DNA of 64,000 nucleotides from a virus (Duplodnaviria; Heunggongvirae; Uroviricota; Caudoviricetes): IMG/VR virus record IMGVR_UViG_3300037067_007156, positions 365,519 to 429,518 of that record; one strand, 5' to 3'. Shown piece by piece: positions 30,200 to 40,695 of this stretch (position 1 is its first letter; each line of letters starts with the position of its first letter). The notes under the pieces were generated by a model. It saw only the letters and a program-made list of their open reading frames with translations, ran no database searches and was not told where the DNA came from. The position numbers and the translations under genes were made by a program.

Positions 30200-30511
30200 T
30201 CTATACATTCTTTTATCATCAAGTTTATCCGAAATATCTTTACTTCGTGTTTTTAATTCAGCTGAAAGAATTTCAGTATTATTTTTTAAATTAATAACAG
30301 ATAAACCGATAGTTTCACCAATATCCATTCCAGCTATAAGTGGTTGAATATAATTAGTAGTGGGTTTTAATAATTGAATTGTTAGAAACGGGTCTCTTTT
30401 TACAATTTTTGCTTCATTATTTTTAAGCATATGACGAACTTTACCATATCTAAAGGTTGGCATTAAAGGTTTTCCTGATTCATCAATGACGTAAACTGGG
30501 TTGTTCTTCAT
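30170..30511 (-). pseudogene. iscB: 5'-only IscB (PLMP + RuvC-I + start of bridge helix), truncated at the CRISPR repeat
   Basis: VYVID..GKPLMPT, PFLTIQL, GMDIG, ISDKL..KRMYR, then reads into the repeat. Confidence 0.8.
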
Positions 30512-32458
30512 AAAAAAATATTTATACGAAAGTAAATATAATTTTTATTAAATAAAAAATATTTCAATTATTTTTACTTAATTAATCAAATATTAAAAAA
30601 TAATATTAGGGATAACAGACCTATATTTACCATTAATAGGTCTGTAACCCTAAATTATAATAATTAATTAAATACTAAATAAACTACTGTCTTCATCAGC
30701 AATTATATTGACATACTGGTCACCTTTTAAATTTTCTATTTCGCCTGAACAAACTTCTGGTTTATTTTTACCATCATCATGGATGAGTAATTCATATAAT
30801 GAATATAAACAACCTGTTTCATTTTCATCATCTTCGAACACACTTCCATTATCGTCAACTTCGAAAAGATGACCATCACGAAGAATTAAAGCGAAATCAC
30901 CGATACCCGTCCAATTAAAAATAATATCTTCTACTTTAAAACGACCAACTTTCTTATTAGGTAATGCTGGTATATTTTGAGTTAACCAATTATAATCTTC
31001 AAGTGAAGAAGATAACTCTGATTCCGATATTACACCAAATCTATATTCAATTGGTTTAATACACCCAGCTTTAAATGTCAAAATATCCTTTCCGAGTTTA
31101 GTTAAGTGTTTCATAGTTTTATTAATTTATCTTTCTCTTTATTCTTATGAATCCACCATCAACATTTAAATATAAAATACCATCATATTCAATAAATCCA
31201 TCGATATCTTTAGCTAATTCGGCTACGCATATATGATTAGCCAATATTCCTAAATTGTCACTGGATATGACACTTTCAAAGTTTTCACATTCTTGAAAAG
31301 TATGTGTTTTCTTGTTAGTTTGAACATAATTAGGATTATTTCTAAGACTCAAAACTAACAATTCAGTATAAAAGTCTGGGGAACTATCTTTGATATCGTT
31401 TATATTAAAAGCAAAATGATATTCTGGTGTCTCAAAATCCTCATCAAGTTCATCAAAATATTCATCTTCGGTATAATCTATACCTAATGTATCAAACGCT
31501 AATTTAACCCACTTATAATCATCTAAATCACATATTACAATCGCATCATCGTTTTCACAATAAATACTAAAACACATGTTTGATAATATCCAATCGGTAC
31601 TTAATTTTATATCCATATTTTTATTTTTGGTAAATGTAATATTTTTATTTGTATATAATAAAAAATTTTTAATTTAATTTAAAACTTTGCTTAATAAAAT
31701 ACGTATAGTATTAAAAAAGAACATATTATGATGAAAATAATGGAAGAATTATCAAATGAATTTGGGTTTAAAATTTATAAAGAACAAACTAATAAAAGAT
31801 TATATTATGATGTTTTTGATAAAATACCGACATTAAAAGATGACCAAGAAAAATCATTTTATGAAAAAATGAGTCTAATTTTTAGATTAGATTCTATTGA
31901 ATATAATAAGTCATTGGATAAAAAACTTATAGACGTATTTAATAATGTTGATGGTGTTTGTTCGGTTATCGATATTGGGGAAAGTAGTGAAAGGCCATTA
32001 TTCGACATTAATTATCAAAAATGGGGTTGTGGATATTATTATTCATGTGATATTTCCGATAAATATCCAAATAAAAAAATTAAATTAAAAGAATTAAAAA
32101 GAATAATCAGTGATATTATAGATAATTTGAAAACATGTCGTAACGATTATCCATTTATAACAATAAATATTGAAAATATATTTATAAGCGAAGAAATTTT
32201 GGAAGAGGAAAATATATCTAATATTAATATTCAGGTAGGAGATTCTAATATATCTAATAGTAATATTCAAAAATAAATAATAAAATAATGTCAGAGAATA
32301 TTCAAATTGGTAACGGTAATATAAATAATAGCAAAATTATTACTATAAATGATGATAAAAAGGGGATAAAGTTATCCAAGAAATCAATTAGAGTAACGAT
32401 AATTTCTACTATCATTTCTATTGGTATATCAATTATCTTATTAATTATTTTTTAAAAT

Positions 32459-32488
32459 AAAAAAAGTGGAGTTTCCTCCACTTTTTTT
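32459..32488. terminator. bidirectional intrinsic terminator
   Basis: A8-GTGGAG-TTTC-CTCCAC-T7 between convergent genes. Confidence 0.8.
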
Positions 32489-32489
32489 G

Positions 32490-33977
32490 TTACGCACTAA
32501 TTAACATTTTTAATCTTAAAGAAACTTGAGACCAATAATCTTCCCAAAAATATTCCTCGTTTACGTTCACTTCACCGAATTTAGTTTCATATTCTGCATA
32601 GGCCATTGAAGCTAAAAGGTATATAATATCCTTTCGACTACTATCTGGCATATTTCTATAAATATCTCTATAAAAAACATGAGCTTCATTTAATGTAATT
32701 ATAAAAACATTATTTTCATAACCAATGTGCCAGAAACAATTCGTTGAACCCATATTTTCGGTTCTTAATTCATAAAGTTTTTTGGTTTCTATTTTCGCCT
32801 TTCTCTGTTTTTGTGGTTTAATATTATCTGGTTTATCTTTTGGTTCAATTGGTGATTCAATCTTTTCTTTTATTGTGTTTGGTTCTTTTAAAGATTTTAT
32901 TCCAGAACGTTCAACTGATTTATTTAATTCTTCATTGATAGTTCCCAGATTTTCTTTTTCATCTTTTGAAGCTATACTTTCACCTTTTTTTCCTCTAAAG
33001 TTTACACCCCAATTGAACATATCTTTAAGTTTTCGAACCAAATCATCCAACTTATCTTTGGCTTTACCATCAATTGTTAAGCTAATACCATTAGTTTTAT
33101 TAAATTTCATTTCAAAAACATCTGTTAATTCTTTTGGTATTCTAAATTCAATTCGAGTTCGACTATCCCAGGGGTTATGACCTTTTAATCCAAACGTTCC
33201 ACCATAGTCTATATATCTCCCACCATATATTATATATAAACCCCCTTTAGCGTATGACCATTTACCTTCCACTGATTGTATATCCCAATTATGTTTTTCT
33301 TGACCATCATTGATTAAGCAACAATTAATTTCTATTTCAAAACCAGATACAGTTGCTTTTACATAATTTTTTTCAGTTAAAGAACTATATCTATATAATG
33401 GGTCATTATATAATATATTAGTGTCATTAACAATTATTTGAATAGTATTTGTTTGTAATATAGGAAAATATAAAACACCAATATACTTTTTTAATGTTTG
33501 TTCAGAAAATTTATTAACACCGTGTATGATTATAGTAGTACCTATGTTATCCATTACATGTGTATATTTACCAATCAAATAGTCTAATGGATTATTAATT
33601 GGTGACCATTTAACAATTGATTGTTCCACACCATCATTTGTCATAATTTCTATAAAAGAATCTTCTTTATTTAAATCTACAAGATTTAAACAAGAAGATT
33701 TCAAACCAACACCAAAATACCCAATTTCAGTAGTCGAATATGTTCTATCACAACCAAAATTCATAATCTCGGACAATTTGGATAATGACATACCTTTACC
33801 ATCATCAGAAATAGATAATGATTTGTTGTCTTTGTTATAAACAATGTTGATTGTTAATGATTCAGCATCGATAGAATTATCGATAAGTTCATAAATAGCG
33901 GAGTACGCATCATAACCTGTGCTTCTCAACGCTTCAAGGATAAATCTTTCCTTTACTTCAATTTTTTGTTTTATCAT
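32490..33977 (-). CDS. GHKL (MORC/HATPase_c_3) ATPase
   Basis: ELIDNSIDA, DDGKGM, GYFGVGLK, GTTI. Confidence 0.85.
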   Translation of the reverse strand: MIKQKIEVKERFILEALRSTGYDAYSAIYELIDNSIDAESLTINIVYNKDNKSLSISDDGKGMSLSKLSEIMNFGCDRTYSTTEIGYFGVGLKSSCLNLVDLNKEDSFIEIMTNDGVEQSIVKWSPINNPLDYLIGKYTHVMDNIGTTIIIHGVNKFSEQTLKKYIGVLYFPILQTNTIQIIVNDTNILYNDPLYRYSSLTEKNYVKATVSGFEIEINCCLINDGQEKHNWDIQSVEGKWSYAKGGLYIIYGGRYIDYGGTFGLKGHNPWDSRTRIEFRIPKELTDVFEMKFNKTNGISLTIDGKAKDKLDDLVRKLKDMFNWGVNFRGKKGESIASKDEKENLGTINEELNKSVERSGIKSLKEPNTIKEKIESPIEPKDKPDNIKPQKQRKAKIETKKLYELRTENMGSTNCFWHIGYENNVFIITLNEAHVFYRDIYRNMPDSSRKDIIYLLASMAYAEYETKFGEVNVNEEYFWEDYWSQVSLRLKMLISA

Positions 33978-34165
33978 GTTTATTTATAATTAAAAGATAG
34001 CTTTTTTACCATCTCGTTACAAATATATACAAAAAAAAGTTAGAATGTTTGAAAAAATTCAATTATTTTCAAATATTTAATCTAAACATAAAATGTTAAT
34101 AATATAGGAGTATACCCGCTTACCATTTCAATATAATATTTATATTTTTAATAATTACAAACATC

Positions 34166-35608
34166 TTATAATGAAAAATATTTAACTTCGTTAAATTTTG
34201 ATGTGTGGTTGATTATATTTCCTTTGTAGCCAATGTATGACAATACCACTTTATTAATAATAGTATAAAACTTAAAATAAATATATTCATTCATATCATC
34301 TTTATTTATAGAAACACACTTTTTCTTTAAAAATTTGTATAATTCTTTTTTATCCTTTATTCTTGGGTGTGCAAAATAATTTCTACATTTTTTTAAAAAG
34401 TTTATTTCAAAATCATTTAAATTGGAATTTCTATATATCGGTTGGTTTATTATTAAATTATTATTTGAATATAGATTATTAGTTTCATCTATATTAAAAA
34501 ATAAGTTAGTTTTTACTTCTTTAAATTTTTTACTATTTAATGTTATATAATAAAAGATGATGTAAAATAATTTAATAATCCACATACACCAAGTTGGTAA
34601 TATTTTATCCTTTCTAAGGATAGGGCTTTCTGTTATGTATGTTATTTGTTTAATTGAATTATTAAAATCATTAATTCTCAAATATCCAATTATATTATTT
34701 ATGAGATTTATAAATGATAAATCTTTATCATTATCATTGTAAATAATATTACACAATTTATTTATACTTAAAATACTTAGAGTATTTTTATTTTCATCGA
34801 TGTCATACTCATTCATTTTGGATAACATAAATGGTGTTTTATTTATCTCATAAAAATATGAAAATGTATTCCAATGATTTTGACATAAATATTGCACCGT
34901 CTCAAAAGGTATTAATTTATTAAAATTATTCTGTTCTAATGTACTATATTTAATTCTTATATCATTATTATCTATTTGAACAAAAAAACCATCTTGGAAT
35001 ATATGAACACCAATAATATATTCTAAAAAAATATTAATACTATTTAAACAATTATAAAATTTATTATATTCAATATTCTTAGATTCTATACAAACGTATT
35101 CATCACCGATTAGAAAAATATCAATTTCTTCATCATTGATTGTAATATTAATTCTTTTTTGACCATATACTGATGTATTATTAAAAATATAATCAATGTG
35201 TTTGGTTTCTATGTTTCCAATATTTAAATTAAATCTTTTATTTATTTCTTTATTAGAAGGTAGGAATAATTTAATATAACTTCTTGTAGAACAATTAAAA
35301 TTATTATAGTCAAAATTATTTAATGTGCATTTATATGAACACCCACTTTGTATATTATATTCTATATAATTAAATTTAATATTATAATTAAATGTTTTAT
35401 TATTTATTTTATCTTTACAATCATATGTTTTATTAGGATTAATTGATTGATAGGGTAATAGTTTTGTACCATAACTAACTAAATTAAATCCTTGATTTAT
35501 ATCTTCACATTTAAAAGTAATAGTGGGGTTATTTGGAATAGTATAATTTAAACTATTTATATGCGTTTCTATTAATTTTAATTCGTTGTATTCTCGGTTC
35601 AAATCCAT
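34166..35608 (-). CDS. HEPN-domain protein (ApeA-like architecture)
   Basis: C-terminal RNYFAH (Rx4H); beta-rich N-terminus; extremely low GC. Confidence 0.55.
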   Translation of the reverse strand: MDLNREYNELKLIETHINSLNYTIPNNPTITFKCEDINQGFNLVSYGTKLLPYQSINPNKTYDCKDKINNKTFNYNIKFNYIEYNIQSGCSYKCTLNNFDYNNFNCSTRSYIKLFLPSNKEINKRFNLNIGNIETKHIDYIFNNTSVYGQKRINITINDEEIDIFLIGDEYVCIESKNIEYNKFYNCLNSINIFLEYIIGVHIFQDGFFVQIDNNDIRIKYSTLEQNNFNKLIPFETVQYLCQNHWNTFSYFYEINKTPFMLSKMNEYDIDENKNTLSILSINKLCNIIYNDNDKDLSFINLINNIIGYLRINDFNNSIKQITYITESPILRKDKILPTWCMWIIKLFYIIFYYITLNSKKFKEVKTNLFFNIDETNNLYSNNNLIINQPIYRNSNLNDFEINFLKKCRNYFAHPRIKDKKELYKFLKKKCVSINKDDMNEYIYFKFYTIINKVVLSYIGYKGNIINHTSKFNEVKYFSL

Positions 35609-35657
35609 ATTTGTAAATTTATATTATTCAAAAATATACATCAATTCTGATAAAAAA

Positions 35658-36104
35658 TCACCCCTCCTTCAACATCAGCATCCCACCATCTTTTATTTCG
35701 TTATAAAGCGTTTTACCACCTCTTGTCACGGCATAAGGAAGGAACACTTCAGCCATCTCAGCTAACTCTGCTTCAACTATGGCGAGTTGTGCCTCAACCC
35801 AGTCTTTAATAATTCTCCAGCTAACTCGTAAAGCTTGTTCATCGGTAACATATTTCTTAGGGACTTTCGGGTCTTTTTTCATCGAATTGTAAACACCTTT
35901 ATAGTTAGCTGGAAGGGAATATGCTATTAGTTTGTCATTTATCGTAAGACAAAACGTTACAGCTATTGGTATTTGATTATTATAATCGGTTACTATTTTA
36001 GTTGCACCATGTTTAACCAGACAAGTTTGAATATCCATTATTGTTTTTTCATATTTAATGGAAGTCGTATAATTAAGGATTGCCATATTGAAAATGTTTC
36101 TCAT
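35658..36104 (-). CDS. conserved-looking hypothetical protein
   Basis: RVSWRIIKDWVEAQLA...EVFLPY; higher GC than neighbours. Confidence 0.65.
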   Translation of the reverse strand: MRNIFNMAILNYTTSIKYEKTIMDIQTCLVKHGATKIVTDYNNQIPIAVTFCLTINDKLIAYSLPANYKGVYNSMKKDPKVPKKYVTDEQALRVSWRIIKDWVEAQLAIVEAELAEMAEVFLPYAVTRGGKTLYNEIKDGGMLMLKEG

Positions 36105-36134
36105 TATATTCTAAACAATTAAAAAAGTTTTATT

Positions 36135-36788
36135 TTAAACAAAAAAATATTCTTGCACTTCAACTTTTTTCGATTTAGAATCTTGATATAATTTTTGAAT
36201 GTAGATTTTGGTTCTTCTATCGTAGAGATTATCTTTTAATAGGGTCACTTCAATGTGTGGATATTTGTCTAAATAATTTTTAAGTTTATCAATATATTTC
36301 ATAATATATTTCTCTGATATATCAATAGCCACTAAATATTTACCAAGGTTTGGTATATCTTTGAATATTCTCTCTTCATATTCCCATTCTAAAGGATACT
36401 TTTCATCGTTATTTGGTTTAATACCAACATTATTAATGATATATCTATTTTTTATATATGGGTTAACTTTTGAATAAGTTTTAAATCTTTTATCTGTTTT
36501 ATCTTTCTTTTTTACTACAACTTTTCCCACTTCATCATATGGTACAACATTATAACCATGTATTTTTAATTTATCTGATTCTAAAACTAATCTAACACCA
36601 GCTAATGATATTTCACTATAATACGGACTTCTGGTAAAAGATATTGATATTTTTTTATCGGCAGCTTGTGATGTTTTTAATAAATCTGTTTCTAATATTT
36701 TATCTAAATATGATGTATAGTGATAAAGTAGTTGTCTACCACTTTTTAAATAAGACTCATTAACAAATTCTTCAAACGAAAATATCAT
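36135..36788 (-). CDS. putative ART-fold protein with N-terminal capsid-targeting-like motif
   Basis: MIFSFEEFVNE; LYHYT...ISFTRS...EYEER. Confidence 0.45.
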   Translation of the reverse strand: MIFSFEEFVNESYLKSGRQLLYHYTSYLDKILETDLLKTSQAADKKISISFTRSPYYSEISLAGVRLVLESDKLKIHGYNVVPYDEVGKVVVKKKDKTDKRFKTYSKVNPYIKNRYIINNVGIKPNNDEKYPLEWEYEERIFKDIPNLGKYLVAIDISEKYIMKYIDKLKNYLDKYPHIEVTLLKDNLYDRRTKIYIQKLYQDSKSKKVEVQEYFFV

Positions 36789-37127
36789 ATATTTGATTTT
36801 TTTTTAATAAAAATATAACATACTTTTGTGTATATATAAAATAAAAAATATGAACGAAGAATATATTGATTATTTAAAAACTTTAGAAGATAATAGACTC
36901 GATGAGGGCATATCCAAATACAGGAACAATCTAATACGTTTTGATGAATTGGAATACATAGCTATTGATAATATGTATTTATCCAAGGCAAATTATTTCA
37001 AATCATTTAAAATCGGGAATATATTAAGAGGATAAATAAAAAATGTCCAGTTTTTAATATTAAAAACTGGACAAAATATATCTTATAAACCAATATCCAT
37101 TTATAAATATAAGTTTAAAAAATAAAA

Positions 37128-37472
37128 TTATATATTCTTCTCATCCTCTAAATTGATATCTTTATATTTATATCCAAGTTTATCAGCAGCATCTTTCATA
37201 ATGTCACTTTTACTTTTTACTATCTCTTCTGAACCAGTATTTGCAGATGTTAAAAAATTAGCACTTAACCAATCAATTAAAATCTCAGCAGATTCTTCAT
37301 TTAGACTCATCCATTTAGTTTTACCAATACCTTCACCGTTTGCTATTTGAATTCTTGGTGAATACTCACTATTAGTGTCGATTTTATCTAATTCATTTGT
37401 ATAATAATTTTCGTTTAAAGAATTAGAAATTGGTTGGTTAAAATATTCAAATTTTTTAACATGTTCACTCAT
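37128..37472 (-). CDS. hypothetical protein with N-terminal motif
   Basis: MSEHVKKFEYF...LNE; TTAATATATA at 37492-37501. Confidence 0.6.
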   Translation of the reverse strand: MSEHVKKFEYFNQPISNSLNENYYTNELDKIDTNSEYSPRIQIANGEGIGKTKWMSLNEESAEILIDWLSANFLTSANTGSEEIVKSKSDIMKDAADKLGYKYKDINLEDEKNI

Positions 37473-37638
37473 GATTATATAGTTTTTTTATTATATATTA
37501 AATAAAATATCTAAAATTATTTGAAGAATATAATATATCATTACAAATACTTTAGAATAAATTAAAAAGTTATCGATTATTGATATCCTTAGATTGAAAA
37601 TCTTTATTAAATTATTAACTATTTAGTTAGTGTGTAGT

Positions 37639-38190
37639 TTAAAATTCAGTATCGTTTAATTCATTTAATCTTATTTCTTCAATCAAATTATTGTTTATTA
37701 TTGATTTATCAAACAAATCGTTGTATACAATAAAAAATGTTTCATTATTAATATAACCTTTTTCAAATTTATATTCATTGAATTTAAATATGATATCATT
37801 GCAAAAATGATTATATAAATTTTTTCTATCTTTAGAAGCATCTAAAGCACCAAATAATAAACAATTCGGTTTATTTTCTTTGATATATCCAAAAATAGAT
37901 TCTTTAACAGTCGATAATACTCTTCCGGCTTGACCTACATTTTGGTTATCTCGGTCTATAATATTCGTATCCCAATCCCCACTTAAATCTTGTTTATAAA
38001 ATTTAACAGTAATTATATTATTGTAATATGTTTGGTATATTATTATATATTTTTTTTCATTTATAGTGAAGTCGCCTATTAATCTATTTTTATTATTTAC
38101 ATAATTAATATTAAAAGGTGTGTTTACGATTTCTAAATATTTATCTATTTTTTGTTGTAAAAAATCACCAAATTTTTCAACGTTACTCAT
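37639..38190 (-). CDS. hypothetical protein with N-terminal motif; resembles 54465-55031
   Basis: MSNVEKFGDFL; RKNLY vs RKKLLY segments. Confidence 0.55.
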   Translation of the reverse strand: MSNVEKFGDFLQQKIDKYLEIVNTPFNINYVNNKNRLIGDFTINEKKYIIIYQTYYNNIITVKFYKQDLSGDWDTNIIDRDNQNVGQAGRVLSTVKESIFGYIKENKPNCLLFGALDASKDRKNLYNHFCNDIIFKFNEYKFEKGYINNETFFIVYNDLFDKSIINNNLIEEIRLNELNDTEF

Positions 38191-38258
38191 ACATACTCTA
38201 TTTTTAAATTATAGTAAATATACCTGTAAAAAGTTTTTATTTCTTAATATATAAATTC

Positions 38259-38405
38259 ATGAAACACCTTAAACTTTTTGAAGAATATAATAATCCATTA
38301 CAGATACTTCCAAATAAATCCAGAAGTTCTGGATTATTTACACCGTTGGTATACTGGGAATATTTATTAAAAAAAATCATTTCTAACATAAATGCTCAAT
38401 TTTGA
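38259..38405 (+). CDS. 48-aa ORF made mostly of the N-terminal motif (possible remnant)
   Basis: MKHLKLFEEY; TTAATATATA at 38244-38253. Confidence 0.5.
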   Translation: MKHLKLFEEYNNPLQILPNKSRSSGLFTPLVYWEYLLKKIISNINAQF

Positions 38406-38964
38406 AATATATTTTAACATATTGTTTATATAAATCATCACCGATTAATGTGAAATTATAAAAAACTGTCTCATCATTTTCAACATAATAATCAAAAATT
38501 AAGTTATCGGATTTTCTTAATACAATCGCTTCATCTATTGGTAAATTATTATTTAAGAATGGTATACAATATGAAAACATATCAATGACATTATATTCTA
38601 TACGACCATTAACCATTAACACGTTCCCTGCGCCTATTCTACTATTAATAGCTATTTGATTAGAACCATAATTTAGTTTAGAAATAATTCTCCTATTTAT
38701 AATATCTTGGTTTTCATCAATTAATGGGTTAATCAATTTTTCACCAATTTTAGGATTATTTTGTATTATTTCTTTTAAATGTTTTTGAGATAAATCATTA
38801 ATTATAATCATTAATTCTTCAAATAATAAATTAAAATCACAATCCAATGATATGTTTTTAACTAAATTTAATTTGTTACCGTCTGAATCGTTATAGAATT
38901 TATCATCATGAGTTTGGAGTGTTAATAATTTATCAGCTTTTTTTAGAAAATCTTGAATACTCAT
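38383..38964 (-). CDS. gp23 major-capsid-like fragment protein
   Basis: SNQIAINSRIGAGNVLMV resembles the T4 gp23 ANxIAxxTxRGAGNFII segment. Confidence 0.45.
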   Translation of the reverse strand: MSIQDFLKKADKLLTLQTHDDKFYNDSDGNKLNLVKNISLDCDFNLLFEELMIIINDLSQKHLKEIIQNNPKIGEKLINPLIDENQDIINRRIISKLNYGSNQIAINSRIGAGNVLMVNGRIEYNVIDMFSYCIPFLNNNLPIDEAIVLRKSDNLIFDYYVENDETVFYNFTLIGDDLYKQYVKIYFKIEHLC

Positions 38965-39030
38965 AATGTTTTTTATTTATTTTATGATAAAAAATATAAA
39001 AAGTTTAATATATAAAAATAAAAATATTTA

Positions 39031-39804
39031 ATGTTAAAATCGTTTGAGAAATTCAGTAAGGATGTACAAAAAGGTAGTGTAATTGAATATAAGATACCGA
39101 TAAAAGATTTAGAAAATCTATATAAGTATTTCCATATATCTGGAAATTATTTAATAGAAAATGATGATGATAAAACATTTATATTCACTGCAAAAGTGCC
39201 TCTTGAACCATTTACTGATGATAATATGGATGTTATAGAAGATGATTTCACACCACGAGTATCGATAGCACCTTCTATTAAGATGTGTTTACGTGCAATT
39301 TCTGGTGAATACCAATATTATTTTTTATACGGTGTTGATTTAAAAAACAATTCTTCGGATGATATTGAAGTTATTAATTTAAAAAACATGTTAGATAGTT
39401 GTCCTATTATTTATGATAAAAGATATGGTGAAGATTTTAATTTAGTTGAATGGTTAGAAGCGTTAGATATAAAACAATATAGAGAAATTCAAAAATATTT
39501 TTATAAAAAAACTGTGGAAGATGTTCCTGATATTGAAGGTGAAGTAAAGTATGATGATATTGATTTATCAGTATTCATAGTTTCACCATCAGATTTACCA
39601 GAAAAATATAAAAAATTATTTTATGCCTGTGTGCCAGATGCAGACACAACTAATGAATTTTGGTCTTTAAAGAATTTAAAAATGGATTATTTAGGTATAC
39701 TTTATGGATGGCATGATGAATATGTTACATTACAGGTAAAAGAAGGTGATGGTATTCCTAAAGTTATTAAAAATTTAAAACAGTTTGAACAGTTTGAACA
39801 CTAA
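39031..39804 (+). CDS. putative ART-like protein with motif copies at both termini
   Basis: MLKSFEKF ... YFHIS ... TPRVSIAPSI..CL ... VPDA..TNEFW ... NLKQFEQF. Confidence 0.45.
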   Translation: MLKSFEKFSKDVQKGSVIEYKIPIKDLENLYKYFHISGNYLIENDDDKTFIFTAKVPLEPFTDDNMDVIEDDFTPRVSIAPSIKMCLRAISGEYQYYFLYGVDLKNNSSDDIEVINLKNMLDSCPIIYDKRYGEDFNLVEWLEALDIKQYREIQKYFYKKTVEDVPDIEGEVKYDDIDLSVFIVSPSDLPEKYKKLFYACVPDADTTNEFWSLKNLKMDYLGILYGWHDEYVTLQVKEGDGIPKVIKNLKQFEQFEH

Positions 39805-40695
39805 ACTGGGTACATTTTATACTTTATTTAAAAACATCTCGCAGTCTTTTTCACTTCTACCACTTTTTACTAATCCTGTGTGATACATTTTTTTGTATTG
39901 ACTTTTATTAATAGAGTTTTTACACATATCAACTAAATCTAAGATATTTACACTATTATAATCAATTCTGGGTTTCTTTTTCACATTATCAACTTCTTTT
40001 GAAACAGAATTTTTATATTCTTTATTTATATTAGATATAAATTCGGGTAGATAATCTGGTAGATATTTTTTATAATTTTCTATGAAGTTGTTATAACTTT
40101 CAGGAAATTGAATGTATATCTGTTTAATATATCTTTTTATTAAAGTTGGTTTTTCATTTATAAAAGCGGAATAATAATTATCACATAATTCTTTAAATGA
40201 TTTATTAACGTCTATATTATTAGATTCTAATTTTTTTATATGTGATAATTTAGTGAGTATTTGTGCTAATTCATCCTTGAAATTATGGGTTTCAGCTAAA
40301 AACATAATATTTTCTGGTAAAATATTAATACAAAAATTTAAAGTTTCATAAATTTTAGAAGGAAAACACTCTATGATTTTAATAAAATCGACTCTATTAT
40401 GAGATAGATAATAATTATTAATCATCGTATCATAATCATTATTATCTATCCTTTCTTTGGTTTCATACTCATTTTCTTTTACAATTGGTTGATTTGAATT
40501 CAAACCTTTTGATAAATTAAAATAATATTCACGTTCCTCTTCTATTTTCTTTAGAATAGAAATAGTGGTATTATTATAACTTTTTAATATATCAATAAAT
40601 TTATCATTTTGATTTTTTAAAATCTCAATAAATTGGTCGGTCTGAATTTTTAATATTTCAGAATATGATGTACTACTCATAATTTTATTTAAATA

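Noticed and set aside
30607-30653. TAGGGATAACAG matching the start of the I-SceI site
   Set aside because: Only 12 of 18 bases match and it is one arm of a hairpin (likely terminator or element end); coincidence
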